Shown here one piece after another: positions 28,791-41,040 of a stretch of DNA of 64,000 nt (position 1 is the stretch's first letter; each line of letters starts with the position of its first letter). The translations under genes were made by a program, and so were the position numbers. The notes beneath the pieces are model-generated. The model did no database searches, had not been told where the DNA came from, and saw only the letters and a program-made list of their open reading frames with translations. Origin of the DNA: Octopus sinensis (taxonomy: Eukaryota); the NCBI RefSeq assembly GCF_006345805.1, contig NC_043001.1, positions 86,986,001-87,050,000 on the forward strand, written 5' to 3'.

Positions 28791-29195
28791 AGGCGCAGGA
28801 GTGGCTCTATGGTAAGTAGCTTGCTTACCAACCACATGGTTCTGGGTTCAGTCCTACTGCATGGCACCTTGGGCAAGTGTCTTCTACTATAGCCTCAGAC
28901 CGACCAAAGCCTTGTGAGTGGATTTGGTAAATGGAAACTGAAAGAAGCCCATCATATATATGTATATATATACATATGTGTGTGTGTATATTTTTGTGTG
29001 TCTGTGTTTGTCCCCCCGACATTGCTTGACAACCGATGCTGGTGTGCTTACGTCCCCGTAACTTAGTGGTTCGGCAAAAGAGACCGGTAGAATAAGTACT
29101 AGGCTTACAAAGAATAAGTCCTGGGGTCGATTTGCTCGACTAAAAGGCAGTGCTCCAGCATGGCCACAGTCATATGACTGAAACAAGTAAAAGAG
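28791..29195 (+). mobile_element. SINE family A, complete
   Basis: ggcgcaggagtggc head, internal microsatellite, ..gactgaaacaagtaaaagag tail. Confidence 0.9.
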
Positions 29196-29400
29196 TATAT
29201 ATACATATATATATGTATATATATATAACTCCAAGAGAGTTAGAGGTTGTGAATCCAACCAACAAAGGGATAATATCTATCCAATATACTGCTGGTAGAA
29301 TACCCAATTATTAATACAAAAGTGTTTTTTATTGCATTGAAATTACATTACCTAGTGTACTAAATGGGTGAAGGTAAAGAGATATTTTACCATTGATTTA

Positions 29401-29660
29401 TATAGCAATAAAAAAATGGAGGGGATCAATAGGTGATCCATCAACTTTTAGACATTATTCATGTATGTTATTTTGTAATAATTACTGGTATCCTTATATA
29501 TTAATATATTTTATATTTTGTATATAAAGCATAATATGTTATACATGTATGTATATTCTTGTAATTGTCAGTTTAGTAAATAAATAAATAAGTTGACATA
29601 ATATAATGTTTAAAAGTTGATGAACCATCTATTGATCCCCTCCATTTTCTTATTGCTATA
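29401..29660. repeat. Inverted-repeat element (~60-bp arms)
   Basis: tatagcaataaaaaaatggaggggatcaatagg / tctattgatcccctccattttcttattgctata. Confidence 0.8.
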
Positions 29661-29677
29661 TATATATATATATATAT

Positions 29678-30027
29678 AATGGAAATTGTAGTTGTGATAC
29701 CTGTGCCGGTGGCACATTAAAAGCACCATCCGTATGTGGCCAATGCCAGCACCGCCTTGACTGGCTTCCGTGTCGGTGGCACGTAAAAAGCACCAACCAA
29801 TCATGGCCGTTGCCAGCCACCCCTGGCACCTGTGCCGGTGGCTTCGTAAAAAGCACCCACTACACTCATGGAGTGGTTGGCATTAGGAAAGGCATCTAGC
29901 TGTAGAAACACTACCAGATCAGACTGGAGCCTGGTGCGGCCTTCTGGCTTCCCAGAACCCGGTCGAACCGTCTAACCCATGCTAGCATGGAAAATGGACG
30001 TTAAACGATGATGATGATGATGATGAT
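29678..30027 (+). mobile_element. RTE-X 3'UTR copy in (TA)n
   Basis: Same family, opposite orientation to 27929-28312. Confidence 0.9.
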
Positions 30028-30033
30028 AATATA

Positions 30034-30064
<31 letters not shown>

Positions 30065-30070
30065 ATATAC

Positions 30071-30740
30071 ATGTGTCACAAACTTAAGAAGGTCTGGAAC
30101 TTCAAATTGCCCAGACAAATCAAAATCAAGCTGTTCATTGCAACTGTTGAATCAGTCCAATTAACCCTTTTGATACCAACCCAGCCAAAACTGCCTCTGG
30201 CTCTGTAGTACAAATGCCTTGCTTTCATTAGTATTGAATTAAAATCTTCCACCAAACCTTAGTCACAATTTATGTTCTCAACACTAGCTTAATGATAACT
30301 AAGTTCTTTTACTAAATTCTTTGTTATATTTAAAATTAATTGAATGAAACACAGAGCATCTCAAAATAAATATGGTAACGAAAGGGTTAAACATCAACAC
30401 TGACATGGACACCGACAGTGAAACATGAACAATGAAATTATCAAACAGGTTAAATGGATGCTTCACAAGGATGCTACGAATGGTACTAAATATGAAATGG
30501 CAGCAACATATGGCAAATGAATGCCTCTATGGAGACTTGCCAAAAGTTAGTGAGAAGATCAGGCAAAGATGGCGATAACTATCTGGTCACTGCGTGTGCC
30601 ACCCTGGACTGGAAGCATCCAAATTAGTCTTGTGGAACCCACTTCATGGTGATGTAAGAAGAGGAAAACATCATCACACTTACATTGGCAACTTGATTGC
30701 AGACACTGACCTGAAATGTATCCAGGACCTAGATGGACCG
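30071..30740 (+). mobile_element. RTE-superfamily LINE RT C-terminal remnant split by a MITE
   Basis: KLKKVWNFKLPRQIKIKLFIATVESV / GCFTRMLRMVLNMKWQQH..LYGDLPKVSEKIR..GHC..KLVLWNPLHG. Confidence 0.8.
30165..30386. mobile_element. piggyBac-like MITE, TTAA TSD
   Basis: TTAA|cccttttgatacca...tggtaacgaaaggg|TTAA; second copy at 55616-55835. Confidence 0.85.
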
Positions 30741-30801
30741 AGAAGTGTAGCAGGTGGACTTTGTTGCTGGTCACAATTACAAAATGATGTATATATCCCC
30801 A

Positions 30802-31160
30802 ACATGTCATATAATGTTATGGATTGGGTCTGCCCCTCTGGCAAAACTCAGACATGTCATGTAATGTTATGGATTGCCTCTGCCCCTCTGGCGAATCTAC
30901 AACATCTCATGTAATGTTATGGATTCCGCCTGCCCCTCTGGCGAATCCCTCACATGTCATCTAATGTTATGGATTAGGTCTGCCCCTCTGGCGAATGCCT
31001 GACATGTCATGTAATATTATGGATTAGGTCTGCCCCTCTGGCGAATCTCCGACATGCCATGCAATGTTATGGGTTGGGTCTGCCCTCTGGCTAATCTGAC
31101 ATGTCATGTAATGTTATGGGTTGGCCCTGCCCCTCTGGCGAATCCTACATGTCATGTAAT
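30802..31160. repeat. Tandem array of ~50-bp units, 7 copies plus a partial
   Basis: Consensus acatgtcatgtaatgttatggattNNNNctgcccctctggcgaatNNNNN. Confidence 0.95.
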
Positions 31161-31732
31161 GTGTTTGGAGTGATCACTAGTAATGGTAACGTTATGCCAC
31201 CATTAATCTTCCCACATGGTCTCACACTCAACATGCAGGCCTACATCAAGTGCCTGGAGGAGGTAGTGCTACATTGGATCAAGAGGGTGGCTGCTGGACC
31301 CTATGTCTCGAAACAGGACTCTGCAACATGTCACACAAACAGAAGAACCCAGTCATGGCTGTCAGACAATTTCTGCAACCACATCACCCCTAACAACTGG
31401 CCACCTAACTCCCCAGACTGAAACCCCCTTGATTATTATGAGTTGAGCGAGAGACCAACAGAACTCCTTGTAACACCAATGATGAAGTGAAGGCAAGGAT
31501 TATGGCAGCATTCACCAACTTAAACAAGGAGACCATCCAGAAGAGTTGCAGGAGGTTCCGAAGTTGTATGAAGGCCATGGTTGAAGCCAATGGCGATTTT
31601 ATTGAATAAATTTACTCTTTAGTATTTCAAGATACTTTTATGTAATTTTGGTAAATATATCTGTTAAAATGCGATGTCAGTGTTATTTTCAGTTTTGTGT
31701 AAATTTGACAACAGTATATTCACCGCACCCTG
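31158..31732 (+). mobile_element. 3' half of a DD37D (maT-type) Tc1/mariner transposon
   Basis: VFGVITSNG..QDSATCH..WPPNSPD*NPLDYY with 37 residues between the 2nd and 3rd Asp; right end caccgcaccctg|TA. Confidence 0.85.
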
Positions 31733-32634
31733 TATATACGCATACATACACATACACACACACATATACACATACACACACACACATATACACATACACA
31801 TATATACACACACACATATATAGTCCTGTGTGTATATGTATTTGTGAATGATTTGATGTGTTCAGTAAATTTCTGTATATCTGTGAGTTCTTTAAGGTTT
31901 ATTTTTAAAATTTATCACTATAATGAAAGAACCAGTTTCCAAGAAACAAGGCTCTTTCATTGGAATTTAGACATCAGTTAAGTAACCATGTAGATTTAGA
32001 TGTAAATATGTATATAAACATGTATGTATGTATGTATGTATGTATGTATGTATGTATGTATGTATGTATGTATGTATGTATGTATGTATGTATGTATGCA
32101 TGCATGTATGTATGTGCGTTTATTCATGCATGCATGTATTTATTTATATATGTATGTTTATATTTATGAATGTATTCATGAATATATGTATGTATGTATG
32201 TATATGTATGTGTGCATGAATGTATGTGCGTTTATTCATGCATGTATTAATTCATGTATATTTATATTTATGAATGTATTTATGAACGTGTTTGTGTGTG
32301 TGTGTGTATGTATTTGTGTGTGTGTATGTGTGTGTGTATTTCTGGCTTTATTTTTCAAATTTCTTAGTGATAGAGAACAACCAGTTTCTAGTCCAGAGAC
32401 AAGACTCTTTCATTGGAATTTAGACATCAGTAAAGTAGTTATGTATGTATGAATGTATGTTTGTATGTATACATGTATGAGCATATATCTATATCTGTGC
32501 ATGTATGTACATGCACCATCTTTATATATTAGAATTCTTCCTCAAAGGAAGAAACTTGTTTCCAACAAAGAAATAAACTTGCATTACTGGAATTTAGATA
32601 ACAGCAACAATAATTTTTACCTTTTAAGTTAATA

Positions 32635-32833
32635 TCTCTTTTACTTGTTTCAGTCATTTGACTGTGGCCATGCTGGAGCACCAATCGACCCCAGGACTTA
32701 TTCTTTGTAAGCCTAGTACTTATTCTATCAATCTCTTTTGCCGAACCGCTAAGTTACGGGGACGTAAACACACCAGCATTGGTTGTCAAGTGATGTTGGG
32801 TGGGGACAAACACAGACACACAAACATACACAC

Positions 32834-32881
<48 letters not shown>

Positions 32882-33140
32882 CATATATATGACGGGCTTC
32901 TTTCAATTTCTGACAAACACAGACGCACAAACATACACACACACACACACACACACATGTATATATATACATATATACGACGAGCATCTTTCAGTTTCTG
33001 TCTTTCAAATCCACTCACAAGGCTTTGGTCGGCCCGAGGCTATAGTAGAAGACACTTGCCTAAGGTGCCATGCAGTGGGACTGAACTCGAAACCATGTGA
33101 TTTGTAAGCAAACTACTTACCACACAGCCACTTCTACGCC
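32635..33140 (-). mobile_element. SINE family A with a duplicated internal segment
   Basis: Family A head and tail motifs. Confidence 0.8.
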
Positions 33141-33149
33141 TATATTACA

Positions 33150-34050
33150 CCTATATCTACAAATTTTTTATGGTGTTAAGAGCTAGTACTGAAAGTTACA
33201 ATGTTTCATATATGAATATGTTTATGTAAATGATGAGATCAAAGACAGAAAAAGGTAATGGGTGTATATGTATATTTCAAGGGTTATTGCTCTTTCATTT
33301 GCACCACTTCCAGCCCGGCAATTCATTGTGGACAGCTGATGGGCTGGATGTGGTGCTGATAAAAGAGCAATATCTCTCGAAATATGTATATACACCTTTT
33401 ACTTATTTTTTCTATCTTCCATCACACTGTTTACATAAAGGTATTTGTATACAAAACATCATAACTTTTAATGCTGGCTCTGAACTTTGTACAAAATCTA
33501 TAGAGATAAACTTAAAAATGAAAACAATGCACTGCTAACACTAAAGTAAGATGCAATAATGATTTGTAAATCTTTAATATACTTGCTAACATATTATGGC
33601 TTCAAAACGAAGTACTGTATCCTTGCTAGCAAATAAATATTTATACACCAGTTTCCAGGAATGTGTTAAATGTGTAAATTGGTTTATCCACATTTATTTT
33701 CCCTGCTAAACTTAGGTATTCAAGCAATTTGTTCATGAATTGTTGATGGGTTGGATTGGTGCTGATGAAAGAGCTATAACTCTCGAAATATGCATATACA
33801 CCTATTACCTATTTTTTCTGTCTTCAGTCCTATTGTTTACATAGGCACATTTTTATACTAACCATTATAATAACTTTCAGTGTTGGCTCTGAACTCTATT
33901 GAAAATTTATAGAGCTAAACTTAAAAATGAAAACAATGCACTCTAATACAAAAATAAGACATAATGTCAACCTGTAAACCTCTAATATACTAGATAGTAT
34001 ATTATGGTTACACAATGAAAATTTGTCTCCTTGTTAGCAATTAATAGTTT
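33150..34050. mobile_element. Hammerhead-bearing repeat cluster (one inverted partial unit + two tandem ~406-bp units); Penelope pLTR / retrozyme-like
   Basis: Motifs at 33352-33396 (+), 33758-33802 (+) and ~33260-33305 (-), each followed by homologous unit sequence. Confidence 0.75.
33758..33802 (+). ncRNA. Type I hammerhead ribozyme motif with intact core
   Basis: GGTG CTGATGA A AGAG ctataa CTCT C GAAA TATGCATA T A CACC: stem I GGUG/CACC, palindromic stem III, AUA cleavage triplet. Confidence 0.75.
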
Positions 34051-34149
34051 TTATATAGCAAACTTTAGGGAAGCCTTGCATATCTTTACTGTTCTACTTA
34101 GAGACTGCATCTATAAAGCATGTATTTGTCAGGCTCTTTCTTTGCTCCC

Positions 34150-35110
34150 AAAATCCTAGCCTTTCAAGATTGTCACTTAGACATTTACTAACGTAACCAA
34201 GTGCACTAATAGTTATTAGTATAAATATGAATTTATAATCAGAGTAGAATTTCAGGGTTTAAGCAATTATCCACAAATATTCACCTTTTCTCTAATTTTG
34301 GATCAGACATTTACCCCTGCACTGAAGCTAACCTCTATGAGTACATGATTTTTCTTTTCTCACCCACATAAGTATGTCGGGACTGTTACATTCACATTTG
34401 ATAGAAGTTTTAATGGGCATATTCCACTAATATATTTGTGTTGATATGTATATATTTAACGGAAGAGATGTTGCTTAAATTTATCCCAGGGCAGTCTTTT
34501 CTACAGGTGGTATCATACATTGTTTTAGCAACAATATCATATTGCATATATGATGCAATATATATTGCATCATATAACTTGATGACATTTTTGGGTGGCT
34601 GTTGATTACATGTTATATCTTCCACAGCAGTGTGACATAATCAACATTTGTGATTGCATCCTAGGAGCTTAATGGCTTTGCCGTCCCATTTGTTCATGAG
34701 ATATTTTGTAGCAATCTCTTGTGCGGTAGTGACCATGAGTCCAGGAGATGGTACACTTCATGTTGATATTGTCATCTGCTTCAAGTTTACAGAACACATA
34801 ACTATGCATTACCTTTTTAAGATATGACCTTTGATGCCAAGATTTTGAGTTTAAGAAACAGATACTTCCCCATGTTTAATTGTTAGATATGAAGATTTCT
34901 TTTGGTCAAACACCATTCTATATCAACAGAAAATACTGAAATTTTCAGCATTGTAAATATTTTGTACATAGATTTTTAGATCATCCACAAAGAAATTATG
35001 AGTAATATTAGTGTCTCTTGATGTTGTAGATCCTAGGACATAGTCACACAGCCAGTGGATTTTCATTAAAGAAATGACAATAAATCTAATGCCAAATAAA
35101 CAGAAATACA
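34150..35110 (-). mobile_element. Decayed R4/Dong-like RLE non-LTR retrotransposon
   Basis: ITHNFFVDDLKIY (RT catalytic motif) and EDIT..YDIVAKTMY (CCHC/RHD region remnant). Confidence 0.7.
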
Positions 35111-35199
35111 GACAGACCATTGCCTTGGAATATTAGTGAAATATTAATAACATCTGAGACCGTTGTTCCACTCTTGAGCAAGTTAAGCAATCATGGTGT

Positions 35200-36480
35200 G
35201 AGTGATAGTGGTGGTGGTGGTGGGAAGATAGTAGTGGTGGTGATTGTAGTGATAGTGACAGTGGCAGTGGTGATGGGGTTGGTTGTTATTGTTATTGTTA
35301 GTGGTGGCTATGGTGGTAGTGTTGATGTCGATGCTGATAGAGCCAGGTGGTGATGGTGATGGTGATGATGGCAATATTGTTTGTTGTTGTTGTTGGTGGT
35401 GGTATTGTTACTGTTAGTGGTGGTGGTGTGATGATGGTGTTTGTGGTGATGATGGTGTTGACCATGATGGTGGTGGTGGTGGTGGTGGTGGTGGTGGTGA
35501 TGATGGTAGTGTTGTTTGCGATTGTTGATATTGTTGATTATACTGGTTGTGCTGTTGGTGCTGTTGGTGTTTTTGTTATTGTTGCTGCTATTGTTGTTGC
35601 TGCTGTTGCTGTTGTTGTTGCTGTTGCTGTTGTTGTTGCTGTTGTTGTTGTTGTTGGTGGTGGTGGTGATGGTGGTGGTGGTGATGGTGGTGGTGGTGGT
35701 TTGAATGTCTGTGACATCTCTGCAACACACCAACAAAACCAGAACTAAACAATACCAAGAACAAATGATGACTTAATCTTTTTAACAAACCAGCAAAGTC
35801 AAACCTAAATATTTTATAATCATTGACATTGCATTGTCTCCAAGTATAGGATTGCCATTACCACTACTACTACTACTACCACCACCACCACCACCACTAC
35901 TACCATCACCCCTGCTACTATTACTACTACCACCACCACCATCACCACTACCACCACTACTACTACCACCACCACCACCACCACCATCACCACCACCACC
36001 ACCACTACTACCATCACCCCTGCTACTATTACTACTACCACCACCACCATCACCACTACCACCACTACCACTACCACCACCACTACTACCACCACTACTA
36101 CTACCATCTCTATCACCACCACCACCACTACTACCACCACCTCTACTACAACAACCACTACCACCACCACCACTACTACTACTATCCCCACCACCACCAC
36201 CACCATCATTACTACTACCACCATTATCACCACTGCTACTACTACTACTACTACCACCACCACCACCACCGCCACCACTATTACCATCACCTCTGCTACT
36301 GTTATTACTACCACCACCACCACCATCACCATCACTACTACCACCACCTCTACTACTACAACCACTACCACTACTACCACCACCTTTACTACTACAACCA
36401 CTACAACCATCACTACCATCATTACTACTACCACTATCATCACCAATGCTACTACTACTACTAGTATTGCTTCAGCTGCT
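35200..36480. repeat. (GGT/GTT)n tract followed by an (ACC/ACT)n tract with higher-order units
   Basis: Direct reading; unit ccatcacccctgctactattactactacc recurs near 35900, 36010 and 36285. Confidence 0.9.
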
Positions 36481-36899
36481 TCTATTATACTTCTACTACT
36501 ATATCTATGCCGTAGACTATCTTTTGGTCTCATTCCACCGGCAATCGTATGTGTGTGAATGTGTATGCAATTGGGTATATCTGGGTATGAGTAAAAACAA
36601 GGGTGTGTATGTTTGTGTGTATGTGTGTATGAGCATGAGTGTGTCTGTGTTATCTACCTCTGTGTGTTTATGTATGTTTGTATGAGTGAGTGAAACAGTG
36701 AGCGTGTATGTGAGTCTGTGTGTATGCATAGGTTTGCATGGACATGTGTCTTGTCTGAGCATGTGTCTGTCTGGGTGTGCATATTATTCCCCTGCCTCTG
36801 TATGTGTGTTTATTTATAATGAGTAAAGCGGGCGAAACAGTGTGTATATGTGTGTCTGTGCATGTATGTGTGTGCCAGTGTGTGCAAGTCTGTGAGTTC

Positions 36900-37335
36900 A
36901 AAAAAGAAAGAAAGAAAGAACGAAAGAGAAAGAGAGAAAACAAGAAAGAAAGAGAGAGAGAAATAAAGAAAGGGAGAAAGAGAGAGAGAGAGAGAGAGAG
37001 AGAAAGAAAGAAAGAAAGGGAGAAAGAGAGAACGAAAGAGGGAACGAAAGAGAGGTGGAGGGGAGAGAGAAAGAGATAAAGAAAGAGAGGGGGAGAGAGA
37101 GAAAGAAAGAAAGAGAGAAAGAGAGAAAGAAAGAGAAAAAGAGATAAAGAAAGAGAAGGGGAAGGGAAAGAGAGAAAGAAATAAAGAGAGACGGAGAGGA
37201 GAGAGAAAGAGATTAAAAAAGAGGGGCAGGAGGAGAGAGAAAGAGATAAAGAAAGAGAGAGGGAGAGAGAGAGAAAGAAAGAAAGAAAGAAAGAAAATAG
37301 AAAAATGAGAGAGAGAGAGAGAGAGAGGAGAGATG
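36900..37335. repeat. Polypurine (GA/GAAA)n tract
   Basis: Direct reading. Confidence 0.95.
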
Positions 37336-37988
37336 TATTTTCATTTTTCAGGAAACATCAAAATACTTAATGTTTTACATAACAAAACTTCACCCAAAAG
37401 CACAAGAAGTCAAGCAATGACCGTTGGTCAACCAAGATGTTATATTAACCTAGTTAATATGTATCTTTGCAAAATAAATTTGTTTAACGGCTAATAAAAC
37501 CATCTGTAGAATAAGATTGTGTACAATTCTATAGGATTAAGAGGCTGTACACGGTAACACTTGGCTTCCCGTGGTAACAGTTGACTGATTTACTTTTGAC
37601 ATTATGCACTAAGAACAAAAGCTGAATGTAAATTGTAAATTGTATACACTTGAGAATAGAAGCATTAAGACCATTTCTCAACAGAATAGATGTTGTTGTT
37701 TCCTCGAGTCAACAAGCTTTAAATATATATATTTATATAAGATATATCCCCATCATTATCATTGAAGTTGTCATCATCATCGTTGTCATAACTTTGTCAT
37801 CATCATCGTCGTCGTCGTCATCATCGCAGTTGCCATCATCATTGAAATTGTCACTGTCATCACAATTAACATCATCATCATTATCATCATCCACATTGTC
37901 ATCATCATCGTCATCGTCATCATCATTGAAATTGTCACTGTCATCACAATTATCATCATCATTGTCATCATCATCGTCATCATCATCG

Positions 37989-38043
<55 letters not shown>

Positions 38044-38654
38044 AACTATCATCACCATCATCATTATTATCGCCATCATCACTATCATCACTACCATCTT
38101 CATTATCGTCATGATGATTGTCATCATCATCATCACCATCTTCGTTATCATTATCATCATCATCATCGCCATCATCGTCATTGCCATCATCGTCATTGCC
38201 ATCATCATTATCATCGTCCTTGTCATCATCAGCTCATCATTGCCATCATCATCACAATCATCATTTTACATCTGTTTTCCATGCTTACACAGATTGAACA
38301 GTTCCACTGGATCCAATGGATTAGAGGAACCCCTTTTGCTCCAGAGTCTCAATTTTGACATGGTTTCTATGCCAACCACTTTACAGAATGCACAGCAGGA
38401 TTTCCTTTTCGCTTCTGTTATTGCATCAGCACTAGTCGGATCACCTTGAAACTCACAATGCTAAAGAGCTTCCACAACTGAGGAGATTAGCAGAGAGAGG
38501 GAGGTGAGTTTAGGCAAGGTGATGAGAAGTAAAAGACTGGTACTCTGTCAGTTGCAATGATGAGGGTTCCTGTTGATCCAAGCAGTGGATCAGCCTGCTT
38601 GTGAAATTAATGTGCTAGTGGATGAGTACTCCAAAGATTCACATAACATTAATA

Positions 38655-38875
38655 ACATCATCAGCATCAACATCGTTTAATGTCCGCTTTCCATGCTAGC
38701 ACGGGTTGGACGATTTGACTGAAGGTTGGTGAACCAGATTGCTGTACCAGGCTCCAATCTTGATTTGGCAGAGTTTCTACAGCTGGATGCCCTTCCTAAC
38801 GCCAACCACTCCGAGAGTGTAGTGGGTGCTTTTACGTGCCAGTCAAGTGGTACTGGCAACGACCTCGCTCAAATC
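38655..38875 (-). mobile_element. RTE-X 3' tail
   Basis: Family tail motifs. Confidence 0.85.
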
Positions 38876-38877
38876 TT

Positions 38878-39090
38878 TTTAGTTTAGTTTAGTTTAGTTA
38901 ATTTTTGGCTCAAAAAGCAAAAAGCAAGGCCATGTAGGGGGACATGGAGTTATGTACAGGGTGGTGTTCATGTAAAGAGTTCAGGCCACTTATGGTCAAG
39001 GGAGACTTTGAACCAAGCGGTCGTCGGCATCTTCACCATCTCGTCCGGCAGCTTATTCCACGGATCCGCAACCCGGACAGAGAAAGCCCC
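38878..39090 (-). mobile_element. CR1-like LINE 3' end
   Basis: Minus strand AFSVRVADPWNKLPDEMVKMPTTAWFKVSLDHKW*; (TAAAC)n tail. Confidence 0.8.
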
Positions 39091-39255
39091 TACACAGGAT
39101 GTGAAATGGCTGGCCCTTTGAATTACAGGTACAGCTCATTTGTACAAACAAAGTGGACTGGATCAATGTGAAATAAAGTGCTTTGCTCAAGGATACAATG
39201 AGCCATCAAGAATTGAACTCATGGGCATACAAATCGACAGCCAAATACACTAATC

Positions 39256-39453
39256 CAGTGGTTCCCAAACTTTTTAGAGTCGCGACCCACTATTTATCAC
39301 ACCAGTTTACAACGACCCACTTATAAGTCTTGAACTATCTCGATAGACAGCAGTTAATCAAAGCTAATGCATAATTTTATAACTTTTTGCGACCCACTAA
39401 GATTCCGTACGCGACCCACAGATGGGTCGCGACTCATAGTTTGGGAACCACTG
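39256..39453. mobile_element. hAT (Charlie-like) MITE nested in a family D SINE (~39095-39482, -)
   Basis: TIRs cagtggttcccaaact / agtttgggaaccactg; 8-bp TSD cactaatc/cactaacc. Confidence 0.9.
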
Positions 39454-40194
39454 CACTAACCACTAAGCCACGCACCTTCACAGTGATCAGAAGTATGATG
39501 AAAGAAACAGGTTAATAGATGTGGAAGGATATATTAGTGAAATGACTAACAGAAAGGATTAATAGACAGGCAAGCAAAAGAGTGGTGTCAGGGATTAATA
39601 AATTTGGCAGTGGTAAAAGAAGAAAGGGGCGGATTGAGTAGGAAGAGGTTCACAGTCACCCCATGTTATATATGGACAGGTGGGGTGGATAGGATGATGC
39701 CAGAAAAAGCAATAAAGATGATGATGAGAATTCAGAGTGTAGTACTCTTATAGTAATATGTCCAAGAAAGAGAAGAAAACATGGTGACAGATGAATTAAG
39801 AAGGACAGGTAAAGTTTTGCAGGAATGTGTGTAGGAGTAGAGTGAGTGAGGAACAAAAACAGTGGAGTAGAAAATGAAGGTAGTCACCAGCAAATGAAGG
39901 TAGGGGTGGTTGATGGTAAATATAGGTAAAAAAAGTTCGCTGGTAAGAACGAGGGATGGATGGTTGTAGGAAGAGGCAGAGGGAGTGATGACTGCCAGTA
40001 CAGAAAGAGTAATGATGTATGTAGTAATGGGTCCTATTTCCATTAATTATAGCATCAGAATAAAACAGTAGATAGAAGAGAGATAAAAGGATGAATGATA
40101 AAGAGATAAGAGGTGGGACAGCAGGTATAGATGTGCCAGGGATATATTGGGCAAGGGCCATAGATGTGCGCTTCCAGTCTCCATCACTACTTTT

Positions 40195-40367
40195 TACTCT
40201 TTTTCTTCTTTCCGTCATGTGACTGTGGTCATGCTGGAGCAACACCTTTAGTCGAGCCTAGTACTTATTCTATCGGTCCCTTTTGCCGAACCACTAAGTT
40301 ACGGGGACGTAAACACACCAGCATCGGTTGTCAAGCGGTGTTGTGGGGGACAGAGACACACAAACAT

Positions 40368-40426
<59 letters not shown>

Positions 40427-41040
40427 CATACATATATACATACATAGGCGCAGGAGTGGCTGTGTGGTAAGTAGCTTGCGAACCACATGGTTCCGGGTTC
40501 AGTCCCACTGCGTGGCACTTTGGGCAAGTGTCTTCTACTATAGCCTTGGGCCGACCAAAGCCTTGTGAGTGGATTTGGTAGACGGAAACTGAAAGAAGCC
40601 CATCGTATATATGTATATATATATATGTGTGTGCGTGTGTGATTGTGTGTCTGTGTTTGTGCCCCTAGCATTGCTTGAGAACCGATGCTGGTGTGTTTAT
40701 GTCCCCGTCACTTAGCGGTTTGGCAAAAGAGACCGATAGAATAAGTACTGGGCTTACAAAGAATAAGTCCTGGGGTCGAGTTGCTCGATTAAAGGTGGTG
40801 CTCCAGCATGGCCACAGTCAAATGACTGAAACAAGTAAAAGAAAAAAGAAAAAGAAAGAATAAAGAATATATATGACGGGCTTCTTTCAGTATCCGTCTA
40901 CCAAATCCACTCACAAGACTTTGGTTGGCCTGAGGCTATAGTAGAAGACACTTACCCAAGGTGCCATGCAGTGGGACTGAACCTGGAACAATGTGGTTCA
41001 TAAGCAAGCTGCTTACCACACAGCCACTCCTACGCCTATG
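40195..41040. mobile_element. SINE A (+, 40446-40865) nested in the internal microsatellite of SINE A (-)
   Basis: Minus-strand tail 40195-40360 and head 40875-41040 flank a complete plus-strand copy. Confidence 0.85.

Noticed and set aside
30802-31160. CRISPR-like or CTCF/p53-site interpretation of the 50-bp array
   Set aside because: Variable parts are only 3-5 nt, there are no cas genes and the context is eukaryotic; the motif matches are imperfect (extra G relative to the CTCF core, isolated half-sites).
35820-36685. Long ORFs (237 aa poly-Val, 283 aa poly-Pro/Leu) and the many YI/CV/HT-repeat ORFs in the window
   Set aside because: They are translations of microsatellites that lack stop codons, with no domain signal.
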